Of a DNA stretch of 64,000 nucleotides, positions 26,201 to 40,965 are shown in pieces. The position numbers and the translations under genes were made by a program. The DNA comes from Tubulanus polymorphus (lineage: Eukaryota; Animalia; Nemertea). Under the pieces are notes generated by a model. That model was not told where the DNA came from and did not search any database. It saw only the letters and a list, made by a program, of their open reading frames with translations. The stretch's first letter is position 1, and each line of letters opens with the position of its first letter. The stretch covers positions 4,506,778-4,570,777 of the forward strand of contig NC_134030.1 of the NCBI RefSeq assembly GCF_964204645.1, read 5' to 3'.

Positions 26201-29200
26201 CGCGCGACGACGCTGTTCCCGCTAACGTCACTGATTTCTTATTCATTACCCTTTGCTTAGCTAATTTAGCAATTTCGAGTTCAGAGAAAAAGGCTGTTGC
26301 AATTTCGCAGTTACTGTTTTTAGATTTTCTCGTTGTGTGCGCTGAATAACTAATTTAAGCCGGTGGGGACGGGCGAGCTGTTGTCTAACTATGTATATTG
26401 CGATGCACTCGTCGGGAGAGCAACCGCTTGAAAATGAAGTCAATGCCACGCGCCGCTGTACGAGGACGACTCGTGAATCATCCATTTCATGACACGGGAG
26501 AAATATTATACCGATACAATTTTGATATAATTTATCTAAGGAAGATGTAGATCTATATATGTCTTTCAGTTCAGGGACATATACCATCTTCACCTTCTAC
26601 TGAATTACTTAAGAATCACAATATCCGTGATAAGACGATGAGTAAAAATCCATACCACCCTTTTTCAGGTTAAAAATACTTTTTTAGACTGAAGAAGGGT
26701 GGAAGCAACCATTCAAAATATTTTCAAAATAAACTTAGATTTTTGAATAAACGTTTTAGATTCATTCATTTATTGTGAGATTTTTTCTCTTCACCTTCTA
26801 CCAAATTGTTTTGTTACTGACATTCCGGTTACTGATATTAGTGACTTCTTGATGTCGCAACATTGACACAATGTTTAAAACGGCTGGGAGGAGGGGAGGG
26901 GGCAGTGCAGTGCATTCGAAAGCTATTAAGATGAACGAATTTGTACACATTTTTAACACGGTGATTTGCGTGACGAATATCATCGTTTGCTCGTTTGCCC
27001 TCAAAATACAGAGTTTCATACCGAACAAACGCTGGAAACGTCCAAACATCGTGAAATACGGCGAACTAGTGAATTGCGAAGACAAAATACGGTAACCGTA
27101 TCTTAAAGATTTTCAGTAGTTGTGAAGCAATCGTCGAAAAATTGTGTATTCCACACTCTTTAAATGTATAATTTCAATCGATGTATTCATATATTTGTAA
27201 TCTGTTATTGAAATTTGTATACTTCCCGATTTACTCCTCCGTCAAGAGAATTAATCTATGTCTTATCTTAAAAGTTATTAAATTCGTTAAGTAATGATCA
27301 GCCCTTTTAGATTACACGAATCAATCGAGATTGAGATATTAAGCGAATGTGTGGACATAGATTTTCTCGAGGGAAACGCTAGCCATTTAAGCTTGACAAG
27401 CTCCCGATATGCCCCCGATGATCAGTTATTCGAAAATCTGTCTCTCGACTCGAAGTGCCTCTAAATCTGTCAGAATCCGTTAATACTAATCGGTGTATAG
27501 AAGCGCGATTTACTGAAACCGTGAATCGGAACGACGAACGGACCCGCCTTTCGTCGCCTTTATCCAGGACTGATTGAGATTTATTCGAAACCAGTTCGCG
27601 CCAGTTCAGTCGTAAAGTTAATTACATTGCCAGCATCAAATGTCGCGTGTTCACGTAAACAGAACTAAATATACAACCCTGCCCCCTGCCGGGTTTATAT
27701 TACTGGCAATCCCGCAGTGTTCGTTTTCTATCATGTCAGTTTTGTTTGATCTTCCGCATCCACGCGTGCTATTTAATTGCCTACATTTCAAACGTGAAGT
27801 AAACTGCAGATTCGACACGATTATCAAGTCTTTGATGGTATAATATTTTTATTTCGTTCTGCGGTACGTGTCGCCCTCGTGACCTGGTTTAATACCGAAC
27901 GCATACAAGTCTGCCCATGAAAAACTACTTGCCCACGAAAAACTACTAACTGAAAGGACTTATTTTCAGGCAATTGCTGGCGACGTTATAAAAACTAGCT
28001 CTTAATCCTTCTTCAAAATATTTTCGCTTATCTGGCTTCTAAGAATCGGCTGGACAGGAAGCCGCTAATTAAATCATGTCTCTATATGATCGAGAACCTG
28101 TTATCATGTTATCATATTATCTATGAAATCCAATTTACAGAAGATCGGAAAGAAGAATATACTGATAAAATGAAATGAACACAGCGGATAACTGTCTGGG
28201 GTGTTTACGGGGATATCTCCGTCGTAACGATATTCGGCGCTCGCGTATCGTACGAGAAATCCCCTACAGAATTTCGATATCAACCGAACGCGAGGCGGTT
28301 TTAATTGAGAAGGAAGCTCTTACAACCTAGACCAATTCATCGAGATATTTCCAACACTAAGCCGCGATTCGTTGATTAAATTCCGCGTTTAGATTCAGTC
28401 GAGAATAATTCACCTTTAATTCCGCTGACTCAACAATCCTATTTCTCTCGTCAGGAATTTCGTTCATTCATATATTGCGAAGTGAAATCATACGTGGTAG
28501 AAATATGAGTCAGTTTATGCACGGGCTCTAGCGAATACACACCCGTGGGCCACTAGCGATTTTGTGTTGAAAAATCCATATTTTGTCATTAAAATTTTTT
28601 AGTGAAATTTTGACCTCTTATTAAACGACTCGCTTCCCTGTGGCTGCTAAGCACCATGGAGCACTCCTATTATTTGTGCGCGCTCACGGCGAACGTTTGT
28701 ATACGATGGCGGTTTTGAGGTATGGGTATTAGAGTTTTTGAATTCATTCCTCCCAGATTTTTCGGAAATTCAATCGTTAAAAGGATTTAGTTTGGTGAGT
28801 AGAAAAATTGTTATAGAAATTCAGCAACATATGCATCTATTCCGAAGGATTTGACTAGAAAATCTAAATCTCAACTGTGGACCGTAAATACTTAGTTGCG
28901 CGCATAAGTTTAAGTACTTTCTTGGGGCCTTCGCATGGATTCATTTCAACTCTAATGTTTGTAGATAAATGCGCACGATGATTAAAAATCAATGCAAGCA
29001 TACTTGAAGTGGGCTACTTATTATAGTCAAGGAGATTTGATTGATTATACAACCGGTTATAATGGCCCGGGACTCGGGATAAACTTGAGACTTAATTTGG
29101 GTCGTTACGAGTTCCCCCGAGGGTTCGATTGAGTTACACATATCGCTAGATACTTCTATAGTCTCCCGGTGGTAAATATGGCACACGATACGGATTCAAA

Positions 29201-30053
29201 TTGATCTAAAGCCGTGGAATGTACGCTTCGATTAGATATAAGTCAATTTAAATCCGATGCCACCGTTGCATTTCAGCGAGCAACTCGCATCCTCCTAATT
29301 AGCTTATTCGGATCATCGTCAATTTCTATTCACATTTCTAAGATACAGTTTTTATATGCGAGTGATAGCCTTCCTAGACGATGATCGAGGCTCAAATGGG
29401 ATATTCCCATTTTTATCGAACATCTCAATTTATCTATGTTTTATTGTTATCTTGGCGCAGTTTTGACGCTTTGCCCATCCTGCAAAAAATCAGCTTTTCA
29501 CATTTTCATAGCCTTGAGTATCATTACTCTATCGTTGTTTTTCTATCGTTCATCATTTTGAAATGTCGTCTGACGTTCAGAGCTATGCACAACAATCACC
29601 ACCGCGGTGATCATCTAATAACACGCTTAATATCTCAGCGGTCTCGACGGACATCATCATCTGCGTCAAAACTCCACAAGAGGAAGCGTTTCTCAACGGT
29701 ATCACTTCTCCTTGTAGGGTAGTTTAATACGGCAATTAAAGCGGCAATTATAATCTTATATCGCGTGACCGTATTCTAACTGCAACCGTCATATCGCACC
29801 TAGACGGCCTCGTATAGCAAACCGAATATGCGCGCAGTCGCGTGATATTCGACTGGATGCGCCAGCGGAACACAGTGAACCGCCTCTCGAGGGATGTATA
29901 AACTCCTAAAGAAAATATACGGCATAATTTGGAATTTTATGAATGAATAACCGCGCGAACATATACATTTCACACGGCACATTTTGAAGAATGTTTTGTT
30001 TATGTAAGCCTTTGTGCAAATACATTTTTGCACTTCAGAAATGAAAACTATAA

Positions 30054-30286
30054 GCCGCGACCAGACGAGCGATTTTTACCCGAGCCAAATTTGGCCCATG
30101 CCAGATTAGGCATAGTTGATGCTGTAAATGCCTGAAATCCCTTGCCATAGCAAGTTTGATGACATTTTAATTACGAGTGAATGATTTACGTGTGAACGCG
30201 CGTCTCATTAAGCCTGGGCTAGATTTGCCTCAGGCCTGTTCCGGGCTACTTTGACCCGGGCAAAATCGTTTCCGTGTGATTGCAGC
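30054..30286. mobile_element. PIF/Harbinger-like MITE
   Basis: ~36-bp imperfect TIR gccgcgaccagacgagcgatttttacccgagccaaa vs revcomp gctgcaatcacacggaaacgattttgcccgggtcaaa. Flanked by TAA (30051-30053) and TAG (30287-30289), consistent with a decayed 3-bp TSD. Superfamily assignment is inference. Confidence 0.6.
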
Positions 30287-32493
30287 TAGTGGTATACCAA
30301 CCAGACTCGATATCTAGACTCGATATGTCCCTCAGTGGGCCGACCCTGTTCGTGCAGAGAGCAGACGTGCTCGAGTTTTCGGTTCGCATTATAGACGTTA
30401 TTGCGAATTCTCCATAAAAATGACCATTATCAATTCCAGCGACGTATTTCACCGACAAGCAAAACATACCTAATCAAGTTGCCAGATTGGTCACTCAACC
30501 CGCGCTATCTAAATAACTTTCAGATGAATCCTATTGTATCCACGCCAGAAAACCCACTCGCAATACATGTTATTTATACACAATTTGTCGGAATATTTGC
30601 CCGTGCAACAAGCTTCGGTATTGTTGTTCGGTAGTTTTATACGACCGGACTCGTTTATACGTTTAATGAAACCTTGGCAAACAAAATTCGTCGTCGCCGC
30701 ATTTTCTTCTATTTTGTGTTATTTGACGTGAAGTGTTCTCGATTATATATCACGGCAGTTCTCGCTGTATTACTTTATTCAATATCAGCAATAGCAGCGG
30801 CAGCGGCAGCAGCGGTCACGCGATCGCGACCAAGTAGATTTCTTTATTATATAACTTCACCGAATTGCTTATATTATCATCAATCCTATTTCATTTTGTT
30901 CAATCGATCAATTTTATCAGCAAAGCTTTTAGAGCGAAACTAAGTAACGTATGTATTTTCGATTTTAATCGTACGACTTAACTCATTAAAACCATATCAC
31001 CCACAGTTCTTATTCAACGGATTTCTAACCATATCAGATATTGACTCATTTTAGACACGGTGGTATTTGAAATACGGAGTGTCCAAAAAACGAAATCACA
31101 CCTAAGATCGATTATAATGGCTCGTTAATATTTACTACCACATGAATGAGCGGAATATAATGGAGTTTTATTTGTATATATTTGGCTTATCGTCAGCTTG
31201 TAGTGACAGTTTTCTAATTAAAAGTTCAACTATACGCGAACTGCTGTCGACGCTTACAACAACATAGTCGATAGAAATACGCAAACGGCGTTAAAACTAA
31301 TAAAACATGGTGATAATGCCGTGGAAATTAAAGTAAAAAGAATCAGAAAAAATATCGAGCTTGGATGATTAAAGTGGCTGAATGTTTTCGCTGCAAAAGA
31401 CTTTTGAAAGGTAAACTTATTCACACTTTTTAAACTTATTCACATCTGCAAACCGGTGTGAAAGAAAAGTCGGTGTACAGTGATTAATTACATAAACGCA
31501 CTGATGATTCTTGCTAATGAAAACGAATGAGTTGTCCAGAGAAGCAGTGACTGTTTGTCAATATATCTTAGTATAATCGAATGGTTTGTACTTCCCCCTG
31601 CAAATAACCAAGTCATCACCGGATATTACCATATATATACCTTAATATACAAGATGTGGCGTGTAATACGTGCTCACCTTCTGGACAAACAACATAGCTA
31701 AGACTGAATTGATATTCACCGTACTGTGTTGTTAAGAAACGCCCGATATTAATTTCCGGTTCCATAACACATTGTTGGACAAAAGAACTTCTCGGAAAGG
31801 ATAGAAGGATTAAACGCCTGAAATAAGCAACGTTTTGTATCTAATTGAAAAGTTTTCTGGCCTTTCACAATAAACGCGGCGCTTTTAAGAACGAAACTCT
31901 GTTGTGATATAGTACATTTTCCACCCTTCGATGATCGCTGGTGCTTAATGTATCCCACAGAACAAAATATAAATTATTGAAAAACCGCTCTCGCTGCTTT
32001 GCGGCTATCTTAGTTGTTTAAATTTCTTAAGGAACTCGCTGGTAAGTGGCTGTCGGTTGCTCATATTTCTATGAACACGTCTGAATTAAGATCATCGTCG
32101 ACCGAACGTGATATACGCGCATTGAGTGCTTCTCTCTTCCATAGCCAGTGTATGACAACCCCGTAACCGATGTCAGAAAATACATTTTCTGCGACGTTAT
32201 CAATTTCCGGAAACTCGTGCTCGCATTCGGGCAATTATCGCGAGAAAATCGCCGACCCAAACGACCGTGGAGCATCATAACATAAACAGGATTTACGACA
32301 ACCGGTAAAATCAGGTGGAATTATGGGCCCAGTTTTTGTCAGCTAATTGGACGACTGTATCTAAATATCATTACGAGCGTCGGGGCATGCGCCGCCAGGA
32401 AACCATCTAATTTCTCCGTCATATTCGTGCTTTCAGCGTAATCAACCGATGAAATCTTTCAATACGAATCTCAGCGTGAGCTCCGTGACGGTT

Positions 32494-32685
<192 letters not shown>

Positions 32686-35600
32686 TGTGTACCGTTGATA
32701 TATGCGGAAATTAAAATCCCGAATTCGGTTTCATATACGACGACCGCAAGAGGAGGAGAAACGTGCTGCGCGAATTCGTACAAATCTTCTTACATTCGAA
32801 TTAATATGAACGCTTCGTTTTTTTTCGGCAAGGCACTTTCCGGTGATGAGAAAGTTCTTACCTAAACATAAGACAAATATAGATATCCGACTTCGTAATA
32901 AAATACTGAGAATTCATTGGAGCCACATCCTAATCTTATCGATAGATTTCTGGGACAATGTCAGCGTGTATAATTTTCATGAAATTGAAGTTAATTCCGA
33001 TCATTACGAATCACGAATCGTTAATTCAAGTGCCCGAAATATGATTTTTTAAAAGACATGTTTTCTATTGAAAGTGATAAAGGAACACTCATCGACTGAT
33101 TACTATACTACATAGTCAATAAGAATTCATACAGCACAAAACGCTTGTTATATGTTCGTTTACATAAATGAAGTGCACTCTCTGTCTAATAATTAAACTT
33201 AAAGCGATACAAGCGACGTTATGATTAAAGTTTTAATGAGACGTTCGCCAACTATGCCGGAAACGGGGCCAACCATCTCGCATTAACCCCGCAAACATCT
33301 TTATTAAAGAAAACAGCGGTCGGGGATTCGAGCGAACAGGCGCGAGGTGACTGAGCGCCTCGTTATTTATCATAGCGAGCCGCGAAAACCAGCATTCCCA
33401 TGACGCCAAACTCCCGTGTAGGCTTTTCTGTAAGAAGCAACCCGCGGGTCCTATAAAATTCCGTTATTGTGACAAATGCGTCTTTCCCTGGGCCGCGTTT
33501 TTGTCGTGGTTTACATGCATATTTGTTGAATAATTCAGCGTGGTACTGTGGGTTCCTGGTACATCAGTTACCGATGGCAAATCGCGAGTTAATTGGCTAA
33601 CCGAATTACACCAATTCCGGTGCAGTGTATAACAACCATGTCCGATAAGACACTGTCTTTCGGTCGACATAATACTGATTAAGCGTTTCACTTATCCAAC
33701 CTGAAAGTTCGTTTCCCACAAGACATTCCTTGTACAATCATTAGATAATTTCCCAGTCAAGAACCGACATTTTTCATTGACTGATGGTTACTTTAACTTC
33801 GTTAACCTTTCACTAAGATAGTAGGTTTTGCACTACGAGTTTACTGACTGTAGGTACCATAAAATAACCAAACTGAACCAATCATAACTATTCCCACGAA
33901 ATGATACAAAATTTAGCCCTTTTGCGAAAGATTCTAATATCATATATTTGGCTCATATCAAATATCATAGTTCATTTTGATTGTTGATCTTATTGAAAAA
34001 GAACGTCTTCATCAGCGCACTCATAATACCTGCCTCTTGAATTCGACCGATGATTTCTTTCAGGTCAAAAAGCTTTCATTTTGCAGGCACAATCATGTGT
34101 TGTTCTTTCCCGATCCAATCCCATGGTTTCGGCAACTATTTACGCCAGTTTACGAAGACTCACATATACAACGCTGTACCGAATCGACGGGATTAGTTTC
34201 ACCATAAATCATTCTATAATTGAAGTCCAAGGTAGACTCATAATTCATGGCCAACATCTCTGCCGCACACGATATAAACGTGAAAAGCAAATTGGCTTCG
34301 ATATAAAATGGATGTTCACCTCTTTAGAACGCCATCGGTTTTTCGACTAAGGCAAAGTTTGTCACGTTCGGAAACGTTCTATTTGTTTGTAACGTTGATT
34401 ATCATTATTGCCTCGTGTTTAACAACGAAGGACAAAATATGCAAGGTCAAGGTATATACATCATACATCGCTTCCAACGCACAAAAAAGAAGAAAATTAT
34501 GGCGGTGATTTCTGCCAATCTGTCTGCATGGGGAAATTAGAGTGGTTATCTCGGCGGTGCCTGTGTCCGAGTAACAGATATTGAGCGCGTCGCTATAAAT
34601 GATTAGACAGAACTATCGAAAGGTCGAACGAGGCTTTAAAACTAGTCGCTATCTGCATAGAACAACCGATTCGATTACCTTCCACTATTCGTTTCAATTT
34701 TACCGACGGCCATTATCAAAATGAGCATCGGTGTCTGGCGCGGCCACCGGCATGAGAACGACCGCACAGTCTGCCGGCGGATAAGACCCTCGGATTACTG
34801 GCGGATTTACGGTATATCGAACGATCTATGATGGTCGGTCGTCGTCGCATATCTATTCAAATGGCAGGAAACTGCACTTTGAAAGGCCGGCTTCCTGTTT
34901 GACTGGGTAAACCTCGTTTTCCCACCGAAACAGGAAACTTCAATCCACACGAACCGACGATGAAATTTTTCATCTCGATTTACTCATAGCAAGCAATGTT
35001 GACGAAAGGGTTTGTGATTTCGTCTACTATGATATATTCATCTATTTATTTATCTATTACAATGATATTTGCGGTGTATCAATTGCTATAACCTCTCCCA
35101 GTCCAAAGTTGGACTTACAAGTCACTCTAAACACAAATAGAGAAATTCAATTGGCTTATCAAAGGATTGCCAATAATAACGATTCACTTAATATTAATAT
35201 TATCATTAGTATTATCATCTTATTGTATATACGGTATACAGAAACTTCGGTACGATTTCAGTATCTCAGTTAGAATATTAGACGAATAGTTTTGTCTGAT
35301 GCGATGCAGACGAATAAAAGGTTAACAAGCGTGAACTCACATGATGTATTACGATACGAGATGGATTAATGAGGCTGGGTGATGTCTATCCTTTTTGGGC
35401 GAGTGATTTCAACCGGGGTAATCATCATCCTTACTTTGCGAACAATTTCGACTGTCTCGCGGTCAGGAGAACGCCTGATAAACTCCAGAACTCAGATGAT
35501 AGGATATCGTAAATTAAATTTAGCTCGTCGGCGCGCGCTTTATAAGCGGAGTTAAACGAAACATTAGTAAAACGTCATACAGTGAGCGATACACGTCACG

Positions 35601-38600
35601 ACATCGTTCCACACGGTATGTTTCTAACGAGCCGGGTATCCGCCGGAGCCACCCGCTAATTTCAGCGCACGAGGCGGGTTTAAAGTTCGCCGTCCGATGA
35701 AGAATCTCTCCTGCTCACGCGAATTCAACATCAGTCGTATGTGAAATGAAAATATCATTTTTCTCTTTCGATCTAGCTGCTGGTCTGTTTCTAATCTAAT
35801 TAAAGAAACGCTTAATCACTAAGTCGGTCGTTCGCTACCTTTCAAAGTTTGTCGTATATAGAAGTTTCGAGAAAAATCAATCATCTAATCTTAATCGCAT
35901 CGTGAAATTCGGCATCGAAGGAAGGCCCATTTTCATTTATGAATTGCACTGAAAACATTCAGACGTTCTAAAGGTGAATTCCAAGAAAGACAATTTCCCA
36001 CCAAGGCTTCTCTTTCTTTTTTAATTAGTTTTAATTGCCAGAATTTTCTGATGACTACGCGACGTTGGGGGAGCAATTGACGTCTTTGACACTGCGTGTT
36101 TCACATCACAAAAACAGGATTGGATCTTGATTGTTATCGTCGGATCGGCGACGAATGTCGGCTAATTTCTGTTGTCACGATTGATCTAAAAGCCCCGCGC
36201 ACACGGTGAGGTTTCTGCTCATTGTTAGTTCTCTCGAGCGGGTTCGAAGTGCTTAACCGTGTGCGCCGGATGGATGTGCCTTGTGAGAAATCAGCTCAGA
36301 TACCTCACCTTCAGCGCATGGCCTAGAATTCCGACTCCGACAGCCGTCTAGCAACAACCAGATGCTTCTGTATCTAAAATGTATGTATATTTTGGACACT
36401 TGATATCTCAAATTAAGCCAGATCAACGCATCGCAGGTCCTGAGAGACATACCCTGTCTGCTGGCCAGAAGATCTATTTCCAGAAAACTTGTTTTAAGTT
36501 TCAACGTATAGATGTATATTCATGTGGTCTCTCGGCATTTCAGTTTGATCTTCTCGTTTGGACCTTACAATAAAACGAGATAGATGAAGAGATATCAACT
36601 ATTTGCTTATAGATCGAGATGAAATGGTCGTGTAATAATTTAGGAAATTGCACAATGCCATGTACGTCGTATTATTATTCTAGACATTTATAATCCATCG
36701 ATTCAATTTCTCTAATGCGGAATGAAATGAGAAAAACTGAACTCTTATTGAATCGATATTTTTGTTAACAGAAAACCGTTGATTAAATTTCAATTTCAAA
36801 TCATTAAATTTACAAGACGGATTTTACCGATATTAAAACACATCACGCTAGAGTTTATTTTTAAAATTTCATTTCTAATAAAACCGACCGATGACGACGT
36901 GTTCTGAATGCAGTCGAAATCGCACTGACTGCGATGACAATTCGGATCGTTTTCATCGACAGAATTATCGAAATTCCCTGCGAGTAAGAAAAATCAGTCT
37001 CAATAACATTATCAGTGTGATCAAAAATACATAAATCTTTATGTATTTTTGGTGTAATGTACCAGATGTAACGAATGAACGAAACCTGTCAGTTGTAAGA
37101 CTATATTTCATTAACTGATCAAAAATACATCGAAGGTTGGTATTGTCACCTATGTAGTGCAGTGCGCTTGTTGTTTTTCGATATATCGGGTGAACTTGTT
37201 TTCGGAACATGAGGCTAATGTGGCGTGGCAACAAAAATGATTCTTTTACGTATATCTTTTGTGTTTTACCCACTTAGCAAATGTCCTTTGCCATCTCCCA
37301 AGTCCACGGGGAGAAAGGTATTTTCTGGCACTTTTCTCCTCTCTTTTCTATATCCGCCTGCTTTCTCAGCTGCTGGCCTAAGCTCGCCCCTTTTAGCCGT
37401 GAAGCGGTCTTTTGTTGGTTTTGTTATTTTCGATATCGAAAAGCAGGTGATGCGTTATTTTTGCGGTCGATGCTCGTTGGACGTTATCGGACGCGACGTC
37501 ACCGACCAGCGGTTCACGTATATCCTGTCATATCCGATCATTCTCAACATTAACTATCGGGTGCCGATTTTTACGCGGAATCTAATAGCGACACCAGCCT
37601 GAAGGCGCTTTGTCATTTCCTAATGACTCCACGGAGGGAACTTGACTAGGTTAGAGGCAGAAATATTCCATTTGCTCCGGAGCAACGGGAGGGTGGCTCA
37701 ACCCTTGAAATTAGGTTAATCGACGGCAATCGAATTTGGCCGAGTCTATATATAGAATATACAGGCGATTGATCGGGCGTAACTGAATCGCGCACGAAAA
37801 TGACGAAATGGAAAATACTATTTGCAACGAAGCTCAAAGGGAAAACAAAGTAAGTCCTCGGGGCATCTATGATATTAAATCAAGTTGTCATCAGTAGTAA
37901 TGGCTGACTGGTCGCCTTCCCTACACCGGCAGGAGGTAATTTCTGAATGACTGCCACTAATCTGCATCGCTCTAAGTATTCACTGACCGTAGACTTTGTT
38001 TATACGTGTTCCAAATGTATGAATTCTTTTGCAGATGGGGGAAAATTTTGAAACGGCAAAACCGAACTAACTCGTTTGTAAATCGAGTCGGTAGAACACG
38101 CCGCGCACGGAGTGTGCGTTGAATATTCGGGTGTTCGTTACATGTTCCACTCCATCGAGTCGGATCTAAAGAGATATAGATTAGATTTAAAGTGTTGCTC
38201 CTTTATATCAATCAACGCACGGAATCTTTTTCTTTCTATCGTTACCTTGCCAGACTTCAGCCATTAATCAGTTTTCTCCTCGTCACACGGAATGACAATA
38301 TTAATGATAACTGAGCCATGATTGCACGTGTACCGCCGCCGAAATGAGAGTTTTGTCACTGCTCGTTTATTTCATTCTTTGATTGAAAATTCGTGCCCCC
38401 TTATACGACTGTCAACTGCTAGTTAGTCAACTGGCGTGTTGCAACTTTGTTACCGGGAATTCAGTCTGCTCGCGTTCAGGCCTTTAATCCCCATCGCCGA
38501 AAGCGATCGGATTTAGAATCTTGCCATCTCGTTTGTCGACTCGACGCGGAGAGCGATATTCACACACAGAGCCTGTGTATGATGTATGAGCCTAGATTTT

Positions 38601-39250
38601 CAAAACGACCATAAACTATCATAATCCCAATTCATCCTCTTGGTTGAGGTAGAAGAAATATCCCTCTCGGCCATAACTACCGCGGAGCAGCGTAGGCAGT
38701 CTGATGTGAATACAGGATTTGCTCTACATTTCATCAACAGACATGTTCTTTGAAAGAAGTTTCATTTGAGGGAATTAAATGCTTTAAACTAGTGCAACAA
38801 AATATTTTTTTCTAAACATCATTTAATAACCAATTCTCCGCCTTTCTTTTTTTGGGAAAGGCTACACTATGATGCGTCGCGTCGCCTGATGAAAGGATTG
38901 TCTCTAATAAAACCATTACGTTCGTACCATAACTCTAGATTACTGAGTGAATTTTATGTACGGCGGTACTATTAAGCATGATCTGTTCGCAATTAGACAT
39001 CTGTCAGATCTCACATAAACATGATGCATGTAAACTCATAGTAACGATACAGCTTTGACTTAGATAGATCGATGAATCAAATGGAAATATCTACAGCTAA
39101 GAATTTTTTTCGCAGATAAAAAAGAGGGAACACAATACATCGCACGATGCAGCTCGGCTACAAGCAACACTTATCGCAGACGAAAAAACACTAACAGCGG
39201 TCGTGACTGATTTTTGATATTTTTTTCTAAGTTAAATTCTATTCAACATG

Positions 39251-39355
39251 TACTTAAACGGAATTCTTTTATACTTAAACGGAATTCTTCTATACTTAAA
39301 CGGAATTCTTCTATACTTAAACGGAATTCTTCTATACTTAAATGGAATTCTTTTA
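39251..39355. repeat. Minisatellite, 21-bp unit x5
   Basis: Unit tacttaaacggaattcttcta in five head-to-tail copies. The middle three are identical and there are no spacers. Confidence 0.97.
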
Positions 39356-40838
39356 AAAAGACATTTCTACTCGGTGACTCACTAGCGATTGGATTTTGGC
39401 CGGAATGAAATAGATCAGTATCTCCATGAAGATTCTATTCTCTCTGATAGCTTATTTCACTGCCTTTTTAAGAGTGTGCATAAGGCGGACTGCTCCCTAC
39501 GGTCAAAATTTATTCGATTCCGCTCAATGCGTCGCGACGCTGTTCAATTTCTACGCGACTGCGATTTAGCATAATTTGAAAACCAAATATCGAGCAAAAA
39601 CTAGCCGCCAGCCATCGTAATTAACTTGGCTATGGTAAGTAAATGATGCGAAGTAGGGAATTAAGTCTTTATGCTATACAGCGGCCGGGTTTTGTGTCTG
39701 CTTCCAGAGAGCGCGTTACGGCAGTATGCAATGTCTTTATTTTCATACAAAATGATCTATTAAAAAGGAAAAGGAATTTTCGCTGAAGTCTATACGTATG
39801 AGCACCTGATAACATAGTCGATACGAAACGGGGAAAAAACAACGCCGTTGACCTCAGCTTCAACGTTTATTGGGAAAATGTCATGCATAAAAGATAACCA
39901 TTAGGAGAAAATGATTGCGTTACCGCTTTCGCCGAGTCCCACGAGTGAGTTGTGTTTCAGACAGTTAAGCATTGTCGTTGCACAGCATTTTCGGCGATAA
40001 GAAATACCTATGAAACACCCACATGGTAGTACGCACGATCTAGTATGGTCGTGGCGCTACCGAAATGTAATCAGTACCGTAGTTGCATCTGTGTTAAACG
40101 TGAATTCATTTGATAAATACGTAATTCACAATTGGATTCTGAGAAAGTCCAGACGTCATTGTCACCGGAATACTACACCGGGTACGCCACCCCCTCAGAC
40201 GTCCTGTACCCGATAAACTTATGTTAATTGCTCCTCCCATTAAAACTGTACTGAATAGCTTTCCGTCATCAAATACCGTAAAGCTTTCGTATAAAAATCG
40301 GACGTATGAATTTCCTCGGCGAGGATTTTCGAATTTGAAACACGTAAAATACACGGTCGGATAATTTCAATGTTTTATCGCCGTAACCGTCGATAGCACG
40401 TGATCAATTTTCGAAATGACAAACCGGAAATTAATTTTTTTCTAAACACAGAATATATTCCTATATTCGTTTTATTTATGTCAAGTTAAGTCAATTCGAG
40501 TTATAAATTTATGAATAAGAATCATAGGTTAAAATCCACAAAAATGTAGTTTGTCCACAGTTTGCCTACCTTGATCATGCGATGATGCTGGTTTTTCAAA
40601 ATTACATAGATTCTTATAATAAACATTTCTGCTGATATTTTCAATTCTTTTTATGCAACATCGCGTGATATCCTAAAATGTAAACCGCTCTGAAATGCAG
40701 TGGGGTTTAGAGAATGAAATTATCATTATCACTGTTAAAATCATTATCATTATCACCATTATACAAACTGGCCCTTATTCCTCATCGTATTCATTTGCCG
40801 ACAAGGTTTAAAATGTCTTCCCATATTTTTCTTTTCAG

Positions 40839-40965
40839 GTCTAATTACAAAGTGAGAGTATGATCATGACAAATGGACCATATAGAATCCTAGATGTCGT
40901 GAAACGATATGACTTTCGGTTTTGTCGCGACCGAAACAAACGAAGCGCCTTGTTAGATTAGAAAA
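40839..40965 (+). other. Candidate internal 5'-UTR exon of the mAChR gene (contains a 33-aa uORF)
   Basis: Strong acceptor tttttcttttcag| (AG 40837-40838) and consensus donor |gtaagt (40966) bound a 127-nt segment. uORF at 40860-40961. Confidence 0.5.

Noticed and set aside
26058-26593. Overlapping minus-strand open frames of 60-110 codons
   Set aside because: No homology motif, signal peptide or convincing exon boundaries.
39251-39355. Regularly spaced 21-bp repeats resembling a CRISPR array
   Set aside because: Head-to-tail with no spacers, no cas genes and a eukaryotic context. It is a minisatellite.
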